DNA from: Chiloscyllium plagiosum
Taxonomy: Eukaryota
Assembly (NCBI RefSeq): GCF_004010195.1
Contig: NC_057718.1
Span: 11,151,524 to 11,212,656, forward strand
Length of the DNA stretch: 61,133 bases
Reading direction: 5' to 3'
Positions 1 to 12,992 of this stretch are shown here, piece after piece. Each line of letters opens with the position of its first letter. Positions within the stretch are counted from its first letter, which is position 1. The notes under the pieces were generated by a model. That model was not told the origin of the DNA. It did no database searches and saw only the letters and a program-made list of their open reading frames with translations. The translations under genes and the position numbers were made by a program.

Positions 1-129
1 CCCCCCCGTCGCCCGCGCTCGCCCCCTCCCTCTTTCTCTGCCAGTCATTTATTCCCACCTTTGAACTTTTCCTTAGGCACTCTGTTATGATGACCATCTC
101 ATAACTTTCTCTAAATGAGCTGGAACAAG

Positions 130-870
130 CTGAATATTGGCAGTATGCTGTCACCTCCTGAATCCCATTCTAGGACCTGAGCACAAAATCAAGGCAGACA
201 TTTCACTGCAGTGAGAGTGGGGTGGCTTAGTCGTGTTAACCCAGAGATCAGGTAAAGTTTTGGCTCTTGGGTTCGAATCTCATCGGGCAGATTGTGGAAT
301 TCCAAATCAATTTAAAAATCTGGAATTAAGAATCCAATGATGACCATGAAGCGATTGTCAGGGATGACCCATCTGGTTCATTAATTCCCTTTTGAGGAAG
401 GACACTGCCATCCTTACCCACTCTGTGACCCCAGAACCATTGCAATGTGGTTGACTCTCAACTGCCTTCTGGGTAATTAGGGACAAGCAATAAATGCTGA
501 GCTCGCCAGTGATGCCCTCATCCCATGAATCAATAAAGAAAAGTATCAAGGGTTTTGTTGTGATGATACTGGTCTGGCTTGCGGATGAAGCTTCGACATC
601 AAGGCTCTGTCTGCCTGGTGGGTGCCCATGACAGAATCAGGAACGCTGCTTCAAAGAAGACCTGATGTCCTGACCAATGACTATCCCCTTGACCAACTTG
701 ACAAAGCCTGCTGATCTGGTTGGTATCACCTGATCTGTTGTTTGTTTTTGGAGATCTTGCAATTTGTCCGTCAATACTCCTCCACCACCGCAATATCCAA
801 AAGTGTTCCATTGGCTTTGAACTAACCAGTGGTCAAGATTGGCATCATGTAGATGCAAGTCTTTCTTTAA
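130..870 (+). mobile_element. Decayed Deu-domain SINE (SacSINE1/AmnSINE-like) interrupted by a second tRNA-SINE at about 215-545
   Basis: ggacctgagcacaaaatc...gcagtg head resumes at about 575 and ends ...gatgcaagtctttcttt. The inner element ends gcaataaatgctg...catcccatgaatcaataaa. Confidence 0.55.
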
Positions 871-950
871 ATGTTTACGTTAAGAGACGCCTGTTGAGCA
901 AGCTAGACCCTCCCCTTGTGTTCCATGGTCACGCTATCTGACCTTCCAGC

Positions 951-1056
951 TCAGTTGAGAGTGTGGTGCTGGAAAAGCACAGCAGGTCAGGCAGCATCTG
1001 AGGAGAACGAGCAGGAGAAGAATCAACGTTTCTGGCATCGGCCCTTCATCAGAATG
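951..1056 (-). mobile_element. Penelope-like terminal fragment (family A) with hammerhead-like core
   Basis: Minus strand reads ctgatgaagggccgatgccagaaacgttg...gatgctgcctgacctgctgtgcttttccagcaccacactc, the same terminus as the element at 25475-26058. Confidence 0.75.
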
Positions 1057-1369
1057 CTCAGTCCCCTGTTCCCACTTTCTCCTTGGAACGTGAAAGGTTA
1101 AAGGGAGATTTATGAAGAGATTCTCAGAATCCGTGGGAAAGGCTAGGGAAAAGCTGGAGGTTAGTAACCACTGTAGAGGGGAAAGTAAGGGTGCGTTTTT
1201 AAAAATATTTAGTCAGTGAATTGTTGTAATCTGGCAGTGCCCAGAAAGAAAATTGGAAATGGATTCAGTTGTGACTTTTAAAAGGAATTTGATCTATACT
1301 CATTGAGAGAGTATTTTCAGGGTTACTGGGATGGGACGTGGAACTAACTAGATGGCTCCTTCAAAGAGC

Positions 1370-1685
1370 TAGCACGCTGGTACAGTGGTTAGCACTGCTG
1401 CCTCACAGCACCAGAGACCCGGGTTCAATTCCCTCCTCAGGCGACTAACTGTGTGGAGTTTGCACATTCTCCCCGTGTCTGCGTGGGTTTCCTCCGGGTG
1501 CTCCGGTTTCCTCCCACAATCCAAAAATGTGCAGGTTAGGTGGATTGGCCATGCTAAATTGCCCCGTAGTGTTAGGTGAAGGGTAAATTTAGGGGAATGG
1601 GTCTGGGTGGGTTACGCTTCGACAGGTCGGTGTGGACTTGTTGGGCCGAAGGGCCTGTTTCCACACTGTAAGCAATCTCTTCTAA
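1370..1685 (+). mobile_element. HE1-like V-SINE
   Basis: tRNA-like head (tggtacagtggttagcactgctgcctcacagc...gggttcaattccc), V-domain gtgtggagtttgcacattctccccgtgtctgcgtgggtttcctccggg and HER1-like tail gggccgaagggcctgtttccacactgta. Confidence 0.9.
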
Positions 1686-1810
1686 TGATAGAAGCAGTGG
1701 GCTGAATGGCCTCCAATAGTGTGAAATGAAGCTTCATTCCCCTTGGTACCTGGAGTGTGACGAGATTCCTATTTTGGCTTTCATCTTCCTGGTGTCAGTT
1801 TTTAACTGCT

Positions 1811-1811
<1 letters not shown>

Positions 1812-1841
<30 letters not shown>

Positions 1842-1850
1842 ATCTCTCTC
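1812..1850. repeat. (CT)n microsatellite
   Basis: Visible imperfect CT dinucleotide run. Confidence 0.9.
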
Positions 1851-2489
1851 ATCACATGCAGGTTTGGGAAGCTATAATTATTGGAAACTAAATCCTTGCA
1901 CATCGCGTAATCACAATTAATGTCTTTGTTTTTCTTCGGAATGGCTGAAATGAGATCTTTTTACGATCTGCTGAATTATCAATGACTGCTGTATATCTTC
2001 ACGGCCGCTCTATGTGCGCTACCACCATTAATCAAGACGGTCAAAGACTTTGGCTTCACATCTGTCACTTCCTTGATGTGCATTTGGATCGCTGTAAAAT
2101 ACACATCGAAAGTAAATCACTCCAGATGCTGTCATCTGAGGAACTAATTGCATCTCCATTTTCTGTCTCGGGCAACAATATATCCAGGTTGTGTTTTTAA
2201 AACAGTGGGTTCCTGACTACTTTCTTGGGTAGGACCTTCCCCAGTTGGGTGGTCAGCTTGTGTGGATCAGACAGCGCTTCTGTGCTGCACTGTTACCCTG
2301 TTCCTGTTATGTGCAAGGTATCAGCTGGGCTTTTGTTAGATGGTCCTCTAGCCTCTGAGTCAGTGGTTTGAGGTCTGCTCAGGGGACTTGAGAACAAACC
2401 CTTCCGAGTGCAGTGTTGAGGCTCTGTCAGAGGTGCCGTCTTTCTGGGTGAGATCATGTCATGTGGTGTAGACTGACGACCGGTAATCT

Positions 2490-2710
2490 GTGATTAGATT
2501 AGATTCCATATAGTGTGGAAACTGGCCTTTCTACCCAACCAGTCCACACCGACTCTTCGCAGAGTAACCCACCCAGACCCACTTCCCTCTGACTAATGCA
2601 ACTGGCACTATGGGCAATTTAGCATGGCCAATTCACCTGACCTGAATTGAACCCAGGTCCCTTGCACTGTGAGGCAGCAGTGCTAACCACTGAGCCACCA
2701 TGCCACCCCC
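2490..2710 (-). mobile_element. HE1-like SINE with internal deletion
   Basis: Reverse-complement tail (ttagattagattcc) and head (gcagcagtgctaaccactgagccacc). The V-domain is missing. Confidence 0.8.
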
Positions 2711-3599
2711 GAATGTTAAACCCTTCTCCAGTAGAGGACCTGCCGTTGGCAGGAGTAAGATGTTGAGGAGCCCTGACAGAATGCGTGTGGAATGGATGTT
2801 GCCTCTTATGGGGGAACTGGGGGTCACCCATTTGACACCAAGATAAGGAGAAAACGTTTCCAAAGAGGGTTGTGTGTCTTTGGAACTCTCTTCCATAAAA
2901 CAAAACATAGGAGGTCATGCAGCCCATTGAGTCTGTTCTGCACTCCTCAAAGCTGAGTCCTTTTAATGCAGGGATGGATGTATCCTTATTAAACCAGGAT
3001 AGGTCAGGAATGCAGAGTGTTCAGGTCAGCTGCAATTTTATCAAATAGGCAATTAAGGGGGCTGAGTGTTCCCACCCTGCTCCTAATTCATATGTTTGTG
3101 TTTGAAGAAGAGCAGAGGGGTTTCTCTGGAGTGTACCTAAGAATAGATGTGTTTGTTAACCCATGGCTATATATAAATGCAGGTCGGTGCTCTTTGTAGG
3201 AGTTTGTTGTCTGCAAATCGGCTGCCGCTTTTGGCTACATTACAGCAGTGACTATAGTTTCTCAGCTGTAAAGCAGTTTGATCTATCCAGAGGCTGCATA
3301 TAGGTACTACATAAATGCCAATTTCTGCTGCACCTTTTTATGGAGTGGTAGGAAATCTACGGTAAAGTAGGAATCAGAGGGTGTTGTAAACAGCTTTCAA
3401 TCTGTGTGTCTTGGGTGTTCAGAGTTCCACATTTTTCACAACCAGCAGACAGGCAATGGGAGTCGTTGTTGTAATTTGAATGGGAGGTCAGAAATCTTGT
3501 GGAGCCATTCCCCAGACAGGTGGCATGGTGCAGTAACCATTATGGTCCATGTTTGATGGGCTGAACTGCCTGCTTTGCTTTTTAACACCCTGGAGATTG

Positions 3600-4050
3600 A
3601 CCTGGAGGGTTTGAGCTATAGGGAGAGGCTGAATAGACTGGGGCTGTTTCCTCAGAGTGTTGGAGGCTGAGGGATGACCTTTTTATAGAAGTTTTTAAAA
3701 TCATGAGGGGCATGGATAGGGTAAATAGACAAGGTCTTTTCCCCGGGGTGGGGGAGTCCAGAACTGGAGGGTGTAAGTTTAAGATGAGAGGGGAAAGATT
3801 TAAAAGGGACCTAAGGGATAACTGTTTCACACAGAGGGTGGTGCGTGTATGGAATGAGCTGCCAGAGGAAGTGGTGGAGGCTGCAACCATCATAAAAGGC
3901 ATCTGGATGGGGATGTGAATAGGAAGGGGTTAAAGGGAAATGGCTCACATGGGGACCCAAATGGGATTAGATTAATTTAGGATATCTGGTCGGCATGGAC
4001 AAGTTGGACCAAAGGGTTTGTTTCCGTGGTGTACATCTCTGTGACCTCAT
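3600..4050 (+). mobile_element. CR1/HER1 LINE 3' fragment
   Basis: ORF2 C-terminal peptide MRGMDRVNRQGLFPGVGESRTGG...FTQRVVRVWNELPEEVVEA followed by the 3' UTR. Confidence 0.9.
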
Positions 4051-4412
4051 TCCAGTTTTGGAAAAAGAGCCATTTTGTATTCCGAGTATTAACTCTAGCT
4101 TCTCTCTCCACAGATGTTTCTTGGAATTCTGAGTTCTTCCAGCACTTTAAGACTTTTATTTGTTTGCAGTTTATACCTTCGATACTGAGGGAGAAGCCTC
4201 CTGATTTTCATTTGTATCTATGACACTGTACTGCATATCTCAGTAAGATAGAACAGCAAACTTCTTGAGTTAATCAAACGCCATCAATGCAATGTAGAGT
4301 TCTGTACTTTGTGACCACCCGTTAATATAAAGCAGCAGAAATCGTTTGTCGCTGAAAGTTGCGGCTTGAATTGTTTTTTTTTTTGAGTAAAAGTCTCTGG
4401 TTTGCTTTTCAG

Positions 4413-4545
4413 TCACATTTAAGGAAGCAAGATGCAGGACTAAAAATTCATTTGCAACAACTGGACCGTCAGATCCAGGAGCTAAAGCTCGACGTGAACA
4501 AGACTTCCTCAGAGCAACTGGAGAGTGACAGCAGACCAAGTTCGG
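4413..4545 (+). CDS. dact2: Dapper homolog 2, coding exon 2 (133 bp, phase 0 to 1)
   Basis: Acceptor tttgcttttcAG (4411-4412), donor GTaaag (4546). Translates [45 protein letters not shown], the Dact leucine-zipper region followed by the DSRPSSG motif. Confidence 0.93.
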
Positions 4546-4799
4546 GTAAAGTCCTCCGGGTGTGGTACTTGCGTTGCTGAACCCAAACGTGATGAGCCTT
4601 TCCTGTGTTTGAGTGCCCCTCTGGTGGGGCAGACTGCTTTCAGAAACCTGGGAGGAGGCCATTCAGCCTCCGTTGAGCCTCACCACCCGAGTGACAATGG
4701 GGGGGGGGGGGTGAGGGCAGATGATGGCCGCATGGTATTATTGCTGTTCTATTAGCCCAGAGTCCCATAGAAGACCTGGCTTCATATTCTGATTTAGTA

Positions 4800-7700
4800 A
4801 ATATAGAACATAGAATGTTACAGCGCAGCACAGGCCCTTCGGACCTCGATGTTGCACCAACCTGTGAAAATAATCTGCCCATCTAACCTACACCGTTCCA
4901 TTATTATCCATATGTATGTCCAATGCCCATTTAAATGCCCTTAACGTTGGCGAGTCTACTACTGTTGCAGGCAGGCCGCATCACTGTCTGAGTAAAGAAA
5001 CTACTCCGATATCTGTCCCAAATCTATCACCCCTCAATTTAGTCTTCACCATCTGAGGAAAAGGGCACTCACTGTCCACCCGATCTAACCCTCTGATTAT
5101 CTTATGTCTCAATTAAGTCACCTCTCAACCTTCTCTCTAACGAAAAAAGCCTCAAGTCCCTCAGCCTTTCTTCATAAGACCTTCCCTCCATACCAGGCAA
5201 CATCCTAGTAATTCTCCTCTGAACCCTTTCCAAAGCTTCCACATCCTTCCTATAACGTAGTGACCAGAACTGTACGCAATACTCCGGGTGCGGCCACACC
5301 AGTGTCTTGTACAGCTGCAGCATGATCTCATGGCTCCAAAACTCAATCCCATACCAATAAATGCCAACTTATCATATGTGTTCTTAACAACCCTATCAAC
5401 CTGGGTGGAAACTTTCAAAGATTTATATACCTGGATACCAAGATCTTTCTGTTCATCTACACTGCCAAGAACTTTACCATTAGCCCAGTACTCTGTATTC
5501 CTGTTACTTCTTCCGAAGTGAGCTACCTCACACTTTTCTGCATTAAACTCCATTTGCCACTTCTCAGCCCAGCCCTGCATCTTATCTATGTCCCTTTGTA
5601 CTCACAAAATCCTCGTCACTATCCACAACTCTGCCTACCTTAGTGTCATCTGCAAATTTACTATCCCATCCTGCATGCCGATATCCTGATCATTTATAAA
5701 AATGACAAACAGCAGTGGCCCCAAAACAGATCAGTGTGTGACACACCACTGCTAACTGAGCTCTAAGATGAACATTTCCCATCAACCACCACCCTCTGTC
5801 TTCTTTCAGCTAGCCAATTTCTGATCCAAACCACTAAATCACCTTCAATCCCGATTTTGTGCAATAGCCTACCGTGTGGAACCTTATCAAATGCCTTACT
5901 AAATCCATATACATCACATCAACAACCTTACCTGCATCTACCTGTTTTGTCACCTTCTCGAACTCATTAAGGTTAGTGAGGCACAACCTACCCTTCTCAA
6001 AACCATGTTGACTATCCCTAATCAAATTATTCCTTTCCAGATGATTATAAATCCTATCTCTTATAACCTTTTTCCAACACCTTACCCACAACTGAAGTAA
6101 GGCTCACTGACCTATAATTACCAGGGCTGTCCCGACTCCCCTTCTTAAACAAGGGAGCAACATTTGCTATCCTCTAGCCTTCTGACCCTACTCCTGTCGA
6201 CAACGATGGCATAAAGATCAAAGCTAAAGGCTCTGCAATCTCCTCCCTGGCTTCCCAGAGAATCAGAGGATAAATCCCATCTGGCCCAGGGGTCTTATCT
6301 ATTTTTCAGATCTTCCAAAATTGCTAAAACCTCCTCTTTTTGAGTTGAAAAATGTGGTGCTGGAAAAACACAGCAGGCCAGGCAGCATCCAAGGAGCAGG
6401 AGAATCGACGTTTCAGGCATTAGTCCTTCTGGAAATTCCTGAAGAAGGGCTGATGCCCGAAATGTCGATTCTCCTGCTCCTCGGATGCTGCCTGACCTGC
6501 TGTGTTTTTCCGGCTCCATATTTTTCAACTCTGGTCTCCAGCATCTGCAGTCCTCACTTTCTCCTCGTTGATCAAAACCACCTCTTTGTCAACCTCAATC
6601 TCATCTAATCTTGCAGCCTGTATCTCCGTATTCTCATTAACATTGTCCTTTTCCAATGGGAATTCTGATGAAAAATATTCATTACACAATTCCCCTATGT
6701 CCTCATATTCCACACAATTTTCCACTACTATTTTTGGCCCTAATCTTACTCTAGTCATTCTTTTATTCCTGGTATACCTATAGAAGGCCTTTAGGGTTTT
6801 CCTTGACCCTATCCGCCAACAACTTCTTGTGTCCCCTCCTGGCTCCTCTTCGCCTTCTCTTTAGAGCTTTTCTGGCTAACTTATAACTCTCAAGCCACCT
6901 AACTGAGCCTTCATGCCTCATCCTCATATAAGCCTTACTCTTCCTCTTGAGAAGAGCTTCAACGTCTTTAGTAAACCAGTCTCAACAACTACCTGATAGG
7001 TAGATACTTATCAAGGACCCACAGTAGCTGTTCCTTGACTAAGCTCCACACTTCAAGAGTGTCCATCCCCTCCAGTTTCCTTCCCCATTCTATCCATCCT
7101 AAATCTTGCCTAATCGTATCAGAATTGCCTCTCCCCCCAGTTATACCTCTTTCCCTGCAGTATATACCTATCCCTGCCCATTGCTATTGTAAACATAACC
7201 AAACTATGGTCACTATCGCCAAAGTGCTCACCTACCTCCAAATCTAATGTCTGTCCAGGTCCATTCCCCAGTACCAGTCCAATATGGCATTGTCCCTTCT
7301 TGGCCTGTCTACATACTGTGTCAGAAAACTCTTCTGCACACATTGAACAAAAACTGACCCATCTAAACTACTTGAACTACAGTATTCCCAGTCAATATTG
7401 GGGAAGTTAAAGTCCCCCATAACAGCTACCCTGTTAATCTCGCTCCTATCGAGAATCATTTTTCCTCTATATCCCAGGAATAATTTGGAAGCCTATAGAA
7501 AACTCCCAACAGGATGACCTCCTTTCCTGTTTCTAACCTCAGCCCAAATTACCCCAGAGGATGAGTCCTTAAATGTTATCACAACTGCTGTAATACCACC
7601 CTTTATTAACAATGCCCCACTCCCCGCCTCCTCATCTTCTCTGTTCTTGCTGCAATATCTAAATCCCGAAATCTGCAACAACCATTCCTGTCCCCCCTCT
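4800..7700 (-). mobile_element. CR1-clade LINE, about 2.9 kb decayed ORF2 (endonuclease, RT, 3' end) in dact2 intron 2
   Basis: Minus-strand peptides VMGDFNFPNIDW (APE endonuclease), SQHGFEKGRLCLTNL and WAEKWQMEFNAEKC (RT), with frameshifts. Interrupted by a Penelope-like palindrome at about 6341-6573. Confidence 0.92.
6341..6573 (+). mobile_element. Palindromic Penelope-terminus insertion (family A)
   Basis: Inverted arms about 6342-6429 and 6444-6531, core cctgaagaagggctgatgcccgaaatgtc, 3' extension to ctcctc-gttgatc. Flanked by aaaacc(t/a)cctcttt duplication. Confidence 0.85.
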
Positions 7701-8127
7701 CGCCATAGAGTCCAGTGATGATCATGAAACTGTCAGGGGTTGGCGGGCTGTGGGCGGAGGGGTGTCTTTAGGAGAGGAACTCACTGTCCTTACCCAGTCT
7801 GACCTACATATAACTCCCAACTCCACAGCCAACAACACCCACATCCTGTGAATGAATAATAGAAACAAAAAATAGATCATGGCTAATCTACTTATTTATA
7901 GTTTATATAAATCTTTAGCTTAAACAGTGGCCTCTTACTGGTAAGGTAAGTCCCTGGTTGTGTGGGGCAACATTTTTGAATTTGATCAGTATGGAGGTGA
8001 TGTCTTCAATAACTGAGGAATCTAAAAGGAGCTGCCAGAAACCTAAGACAGTCACCTCTAAGAAATTTTGGGGAAAAGTCCTTAATCAGCTGCTCCATTC
8101 CGGATTCCCTTTTATATACCTCCTTTT

Positions 8128-8268
8128 GATGTGGAGGTGCCGGTGTTGGACTAGGGTGGGAAAGGTCAGAGGTCACACTCCATCAGGTGATGAAGGAGTA
8201 GTGCTCTGAAAGCTTGTGATTTCAAATACACCTGTTGGACTATAACCTGGTGTCGTCTGACTTCTGAC
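8128..8268 (+). mobile_element. Penelope-like terminal element (family C), partly inverted
   Basis: gtgatgaaggagtagtgctctgaaagcttg...cctgttggactataacctggtg, matching 56144-56347. Confidence 0.65.
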
Positions 8269-8384
8269 TATACCTTTGAGTTATTCCTTAAAAATTATCC
8301 CTTTCACCGATTTTAAAAAAAAAGTTAAAATAAAAGTTCTACTTTCGTTAAAACCTTATGTTTCTGACCCGATATACTCTTTCA

Positions 8385-8770
8385 CTCTGGCAGCAGGAAA
8401 CATGTTTCCGCTGATGGGTGAGTGCCGAACCAGAGGACACAGCTTAAAAATATGGGGTAGACCATTTAGGACAGAGCTCAGGAGAAACTTCTTCACCCAG
8501 AGAGTGGTGGCTGTGTGGAATGCTCCGCCCCAGAGGGCAGTGGAGGCCCAGTCTCTGGATTCATTTAAGAAGGAGTTGGATAGAGCTCTCAAAGATAGTG
8601 GAATCAAGGGTTATGGAGATAAGGCAGGAACAGGATACTGATTAGAAATGATCAGCCATGATTATATTTAATGGCGGTGCAGGCTCGAAGGGCTGAATGG
8701 CCTACTCCTGGCGGTGCAGGCTCGAAGGGCTGAATGGCCTACTCCTGCGTCTATTGTCTATTGTCTATTC
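8385..8770 (+). mobile_element. CR1 LINE 3' end with (ctattgt)n tail and a 37-bp internal tandem duplication
   Basis: Peptide RTRGHSLKIWGRPFRTELRRNFFTQRVVAVWN. ggcggtgcaggctcgaagggctgaatggcctactcct occurs twice (8673-8747). Same family as 34440-35875. Confidence 0.9.
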
Positions 8771-8844
8771 ATTAAAATTCTTCCTCTTTTTAGGTATTTG
8801 TCATTCTGTTAAAATATATTTCGGCAGGATGTCCCTGCCAGTCC

Positions 8845-9345
8845 AGCATAGAGTCATGGAAACAGACCCTTTGGTCCAACTTGTCCATGCCAACTAGATA
8901 TCCCAACCCAATCTAGTCCCACCTGCCAGCACCCAGACCAGATCCCGCCAAACCCTTCCTATTCATATACCCATCCAGATGCCTTTTCAATGTTTCAATT
9001 GTACCAGCCTCCACCACTTCCTCTGGCAGCTATCCTCCAACCCTGGCAACATCCTTGTAAATCCTTTCTGAACCCTTCCAAGTTTCACAACATCCTTCCG
9101 ATAGGAAGGAGACCAGAATTGCATGCAATATTCCAACAGTGGCCTAACCAATGTCCTGTACAGCCGCAACATGACCTCCCAACTCCTGTACTCAATATTC
9201 TGACCAATAAAGGAAAGCATACCAAACGCTGCCTTCACTATCCTATATACCTGCGACTCTATTTTCAAGGAGCTATGAACCTGCACTCCAAGGTCTATTT
9301 GTTTAGCAACAATCCCCAGGACCTTCCCATTAAGTGTATAAGTCC
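8845..9345 (-). mobile_element. CR1/HER1 LINE 3' fragment
   Basis: Peptide LYRTLVRPLLEYCMQFWSPSYRKDVVKL plus the 3' UTR. Confidence 0.9.
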
Positions 9346-9751
9346 TGCAGGTGCAGCCAAAGTAGTACAGCAGGAGAAATGCCTTGGGAGGTTTCATTAT
9401 GTTAAAGGCACTATATAAACAAAAGCTGTTGTTGCTGAAAGTGTTGAGTATGAAACTTGCTACTGCATGGAATAGCATTGGTGTGTTTAAGGATAGGTAC
9501 AGGAGAGGGAGAAAATTATGGCCAGTACTGGTAGAGTGAGAGGAGGCTGCTGTGACGTATAGATGCCAGCATGGGCTGAACGGCCTGCTTAAAAACTCTT
9601 TCATGGGATGTGGGTATCACTGGCCAACCAGCATTTGTTGACCATTCCTAATTGCCTTTGATTTGAGTGTCGTGCTGGGTTAGGGTTAGGGCTGAGAGCA
9701 GTTAACAGTTAACTGTTTTCCTGTGGGTCTGGAGTCACACCTAGGCCCGAG

Positions 9752-10760
9752 CATAGAGTCACAGAGATATACCGCATGGAAACAGACCCTTCGGTCCAAC
9801 TCATCCATGCTGACCAGATATCCCAACCCAAACTAGTCCTACCTGCCAGCACCCAGACCAGATCCCACCAAGTCCTTTTCATTCATATACCCATCCAGAT
9901 GCCTTTTTAAATGTTGCAATTGTACCACTTCCTCTGGCAGCTCATTCCATATATGTACCAAAGAAGTTGTAAATTGGAGGAAGGCTAATTTTGATGGTAT
10001 TAGGCAAGAACTTTCAAAAACTGACTGAGGGCAGATCTTCGCTGGTACAGGGATGGCTGGAAAATGGGAAGCCTTCAAAAGTGAGATAATGAGAATCCAG
10101 AGATAGTATATTCCTGTGAGGGTGAAAGGAAAGGCTGCTAGGTATAGGCAATGCTGGATGACCAGAGAAATTAAGGGTTTGGTTAAGAAAAAGAAGGAAT
10201 CATATGTCAGGTATAGACGAGATAGATTGAATGAATCCTTAGAGTATAAAGGCAGTAGGAGTATGTTGAAGAGGAAAATCAAGAGGGCAAAAAGGGGACA
10301 TAAGATAGCTTTCGTAAATAGAGTTAAGGAGAATCCAAAGGGTTTTTACAAATACATTAAGGACAAAAGGGTAACTAGGGGGAGAAAAGGGCCTCTCAAA
10401 GATCAGCAAGGCAGCCTTTGTGTGGAACCGCAGGAGATGGGGGAGATACTAAATGAGTATTTTGCATCAGTGTATATTGTGGAAAAGGACATAGAAGATT
10501 ATGGAATGGAGGGAAATAGATGATGACATATTAAAAAATGTCCATATTACAGAGGAGGAAGTGCTGGATGTCTTGAAACACTTAAAAGTGATAAATCCCC
10601 AGGACCTGATCAGGTGTAACCTAGAATTCTGTGGGAAGCTACAGAAGTGACTGCTGGGCCTCTTGCTGAGATATTTGTATCATCGATAGTCACAGGTGAG
10701 GTACTGGATGACTGGAGGTTGTCTAACGTGGGGTCACTGTTTAAGAAGGGTGGTAAGGAC
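9752..10760. mobile_element. CR1/HER1 insertion with inverted segments (3' end on - at 9752-9960, upstream ORF2 on + at 9961-10760) inside an older SINE
   Basis: Minus-strand 3' UTR and WNELPEEVV abut plus-strand KENPKGFYKYIKDKR...EILNEYFASV. The host SINE is broken at about 9750 and resumes at about 10752. Confidence 0.75.
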
Positions 10761-11839
10761 ATATGAGGAAGGCAGATTTAAAGGACATTAGTGAACCAGT
10801 TTTAATAACAATTGATGACCGTTTCATGGTCACCATCACTGAAAGCAAGTTTTATAGGTATTTTTGAACCAACCTGTTGAGAAATGTTACTCGCACCTCT
10901 CTGAAGCAGGTGGAACTTGAACCTGGGTCCCCTGGCTCAGAGGTAGGGACACTGCCACCGCTCTAGCTTTATGAATTGAGTATAAATTCTATCAGCTGTC
11001 ACTGTAGGATTTGAACTTGGGTCCAGAGAAAATTGGACTGGCCTTTTGGGTTAGTAGCTCAGTGACATTACCACTGTCTCCCCATCTCCCTGGCTCCTTT
11101 TGTCTGAGTAGCAGAGAGAGAGCGAGAGAGCGAGAGGGGGAGAGACCAGTTCTTTGTCACTTTAGATTGTCATTTTAGTGCTGTCTGACTCTCACACTAC
11201 AGGTATCTTGCTAATGGAAGAGTAACGTTCAGTCCAGCACTGGGCTCCCTCTCTGTTAAATGACTAATGCAACATTAGGATGTACGCCTGGCAGCTACTC
11301 AGCAGGATTGTACAAGTGCTGACTGTATCAGGTTCCCTGGCCTGGTGTGTTTGTATAATAACATCTCCCAATCCATTCTCTTGGCTCCAGCTTGGAACAG
11401 CCAGCTCACTGCTGCTGGTGGATTCCAGTCTCAACTTTGCCACTTTATTAATAAAAGTTAAATTTTAAACTTGTATTAATAAGTAACGCTGTTGCTGCCT
11501 GGGAGCTGTAAAGACTCCTCTGATTACCACATCCCTTCCACTCGAGCCAGACAGCATCCAGTGCCTGGCAAATCCTGATTTTTTCCCCCCACTCCCCACT
11601 CCCCCATTCTGACCATCTCACTCCAGCAACCGAACAAAGTAAGAGCAGCAAGAGAAGGCCACTCTGCCCCTTAAGCATCTTACATCCTTCAACAAGATCA
11701 CAGCTGATCTGCGTACTCTACATGAGGTTTATAGCAGCAGTCAGTCTCTTTTATCTGAAGGGTCACATCTCAGAGTTACACAGCACGGAAACAGACCCTT
11801 CGGTCCAACCCATCCATACTGACCAAGTTTCCCAAACTA

Positions 11840-12154
11840 GGGCGGCACGGTGGCACAGTGGTTAGCACTGCTGCTTCACAGCGCCAGAGACCCGGGTTCA
11901 ATTCCCGACTCAGACGACTGACTGTGTGGAGTTTGCACATTCTCCCCGTGTCTGCGTGGGTTTCCTCCGGGTGCTCCGGTTTCCTCCCACGGTCCAAAGA
12001 TGTGCAGGTCAGGTGAATTGGCCATGCTAAATTGCCCGTAGTGTTAGGTAAGGGGTAAAGGTAGGGGTATGGGTGGGTTGCGCTTCGGCGGGTCGGTGTG
12101 GACTTGTTGGGCCGAAGGGCCTGTTTCTACGCTGTAAGTAATCTAATCTAATCT
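11840..12154 (+). mobile_element. Full-length young HE1-like V-SINE with TSD, nested in a HER1 3' end (about 11770-12225, -)
   Basis: gggcggcacggtggcacagtgg...taatctaatctaatct. Duplication aaactag at 11834-11840 and 12155-12161. Confidence 0.93.
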
Positions 12155-12992
12155 AAACTAGTCCCACTTGCCTGCATTTGGCCCATATCCCTCTAAACCT
12201 TTCCCTGTTCAAATTCATGTACCTATCTCCTGTTGAACAGTCAGTTTAAGCTGATACCCAATTGACGCCATCTGGTGCAACATTGATCTCGCGTTGTGAG
12301 GGGTTGCCCCATCTCCTTCATATTTGAACATAGGAATGGAAGTAGGCTGTTCAGTCCATTCAGCCATTCAATACAATCATGGCTGATAAAACACCTTCAA
12401 TGTTTTTATTCACCCATGTCCATAAGCCTGTACCCTCCTTGGGCTTTTAATTTAACTTTGATCTCAGTGATATTACATCTATTATATCTTCAAACTTTCC
12501 TAGTGACTAAATTCATCACCTTGAGAATTAGTAATCTCTTCTCCCATCTCTGATAACCTGGTTTGAACTCTCCTTGTATCACCCACGGTCTAGGCTGTCT
12601 GTCGAGCACAGAGGTAGGTCATTTGATCGTTGAGACTCTTGGCTCTTGGGAAGAGAGGGTGATCTTAACTCCTGTTTTTTCATCCTTGACCCAGTCAATT
12701 CCTCATCCTGAATTAATTCTCCAATTCCCATTTTGAAATTATTTATGGAATACATGTCTGCACCATTCCAGATCCCAACAATTCTTGAGGTGGAAGAAGG
12801 TCTTTGCACCTTATTTTGAATCCTTGACCTCTGATGATTTGCCAGAGAGAATAACTTCCCTCTATTAAACCTTCAATCTAGAAAACCTCTTGAAACTCTC
12901 AATCTTCTGTTTTCTGAGGAGAACATGCTAACTCTATCCAACTCCCTCACTATTGAAGTTTTTCATCCCTGGTGAAATCACCTTTTGTTTTA

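Noticed and set aside
11840..11915. tRNA genes (A/B-box heads here and at 1370, 24980, 50143 etc.)
   Set aside because: Each continues into the V-SINE body and LINE-like tail, so they are SINE heads.
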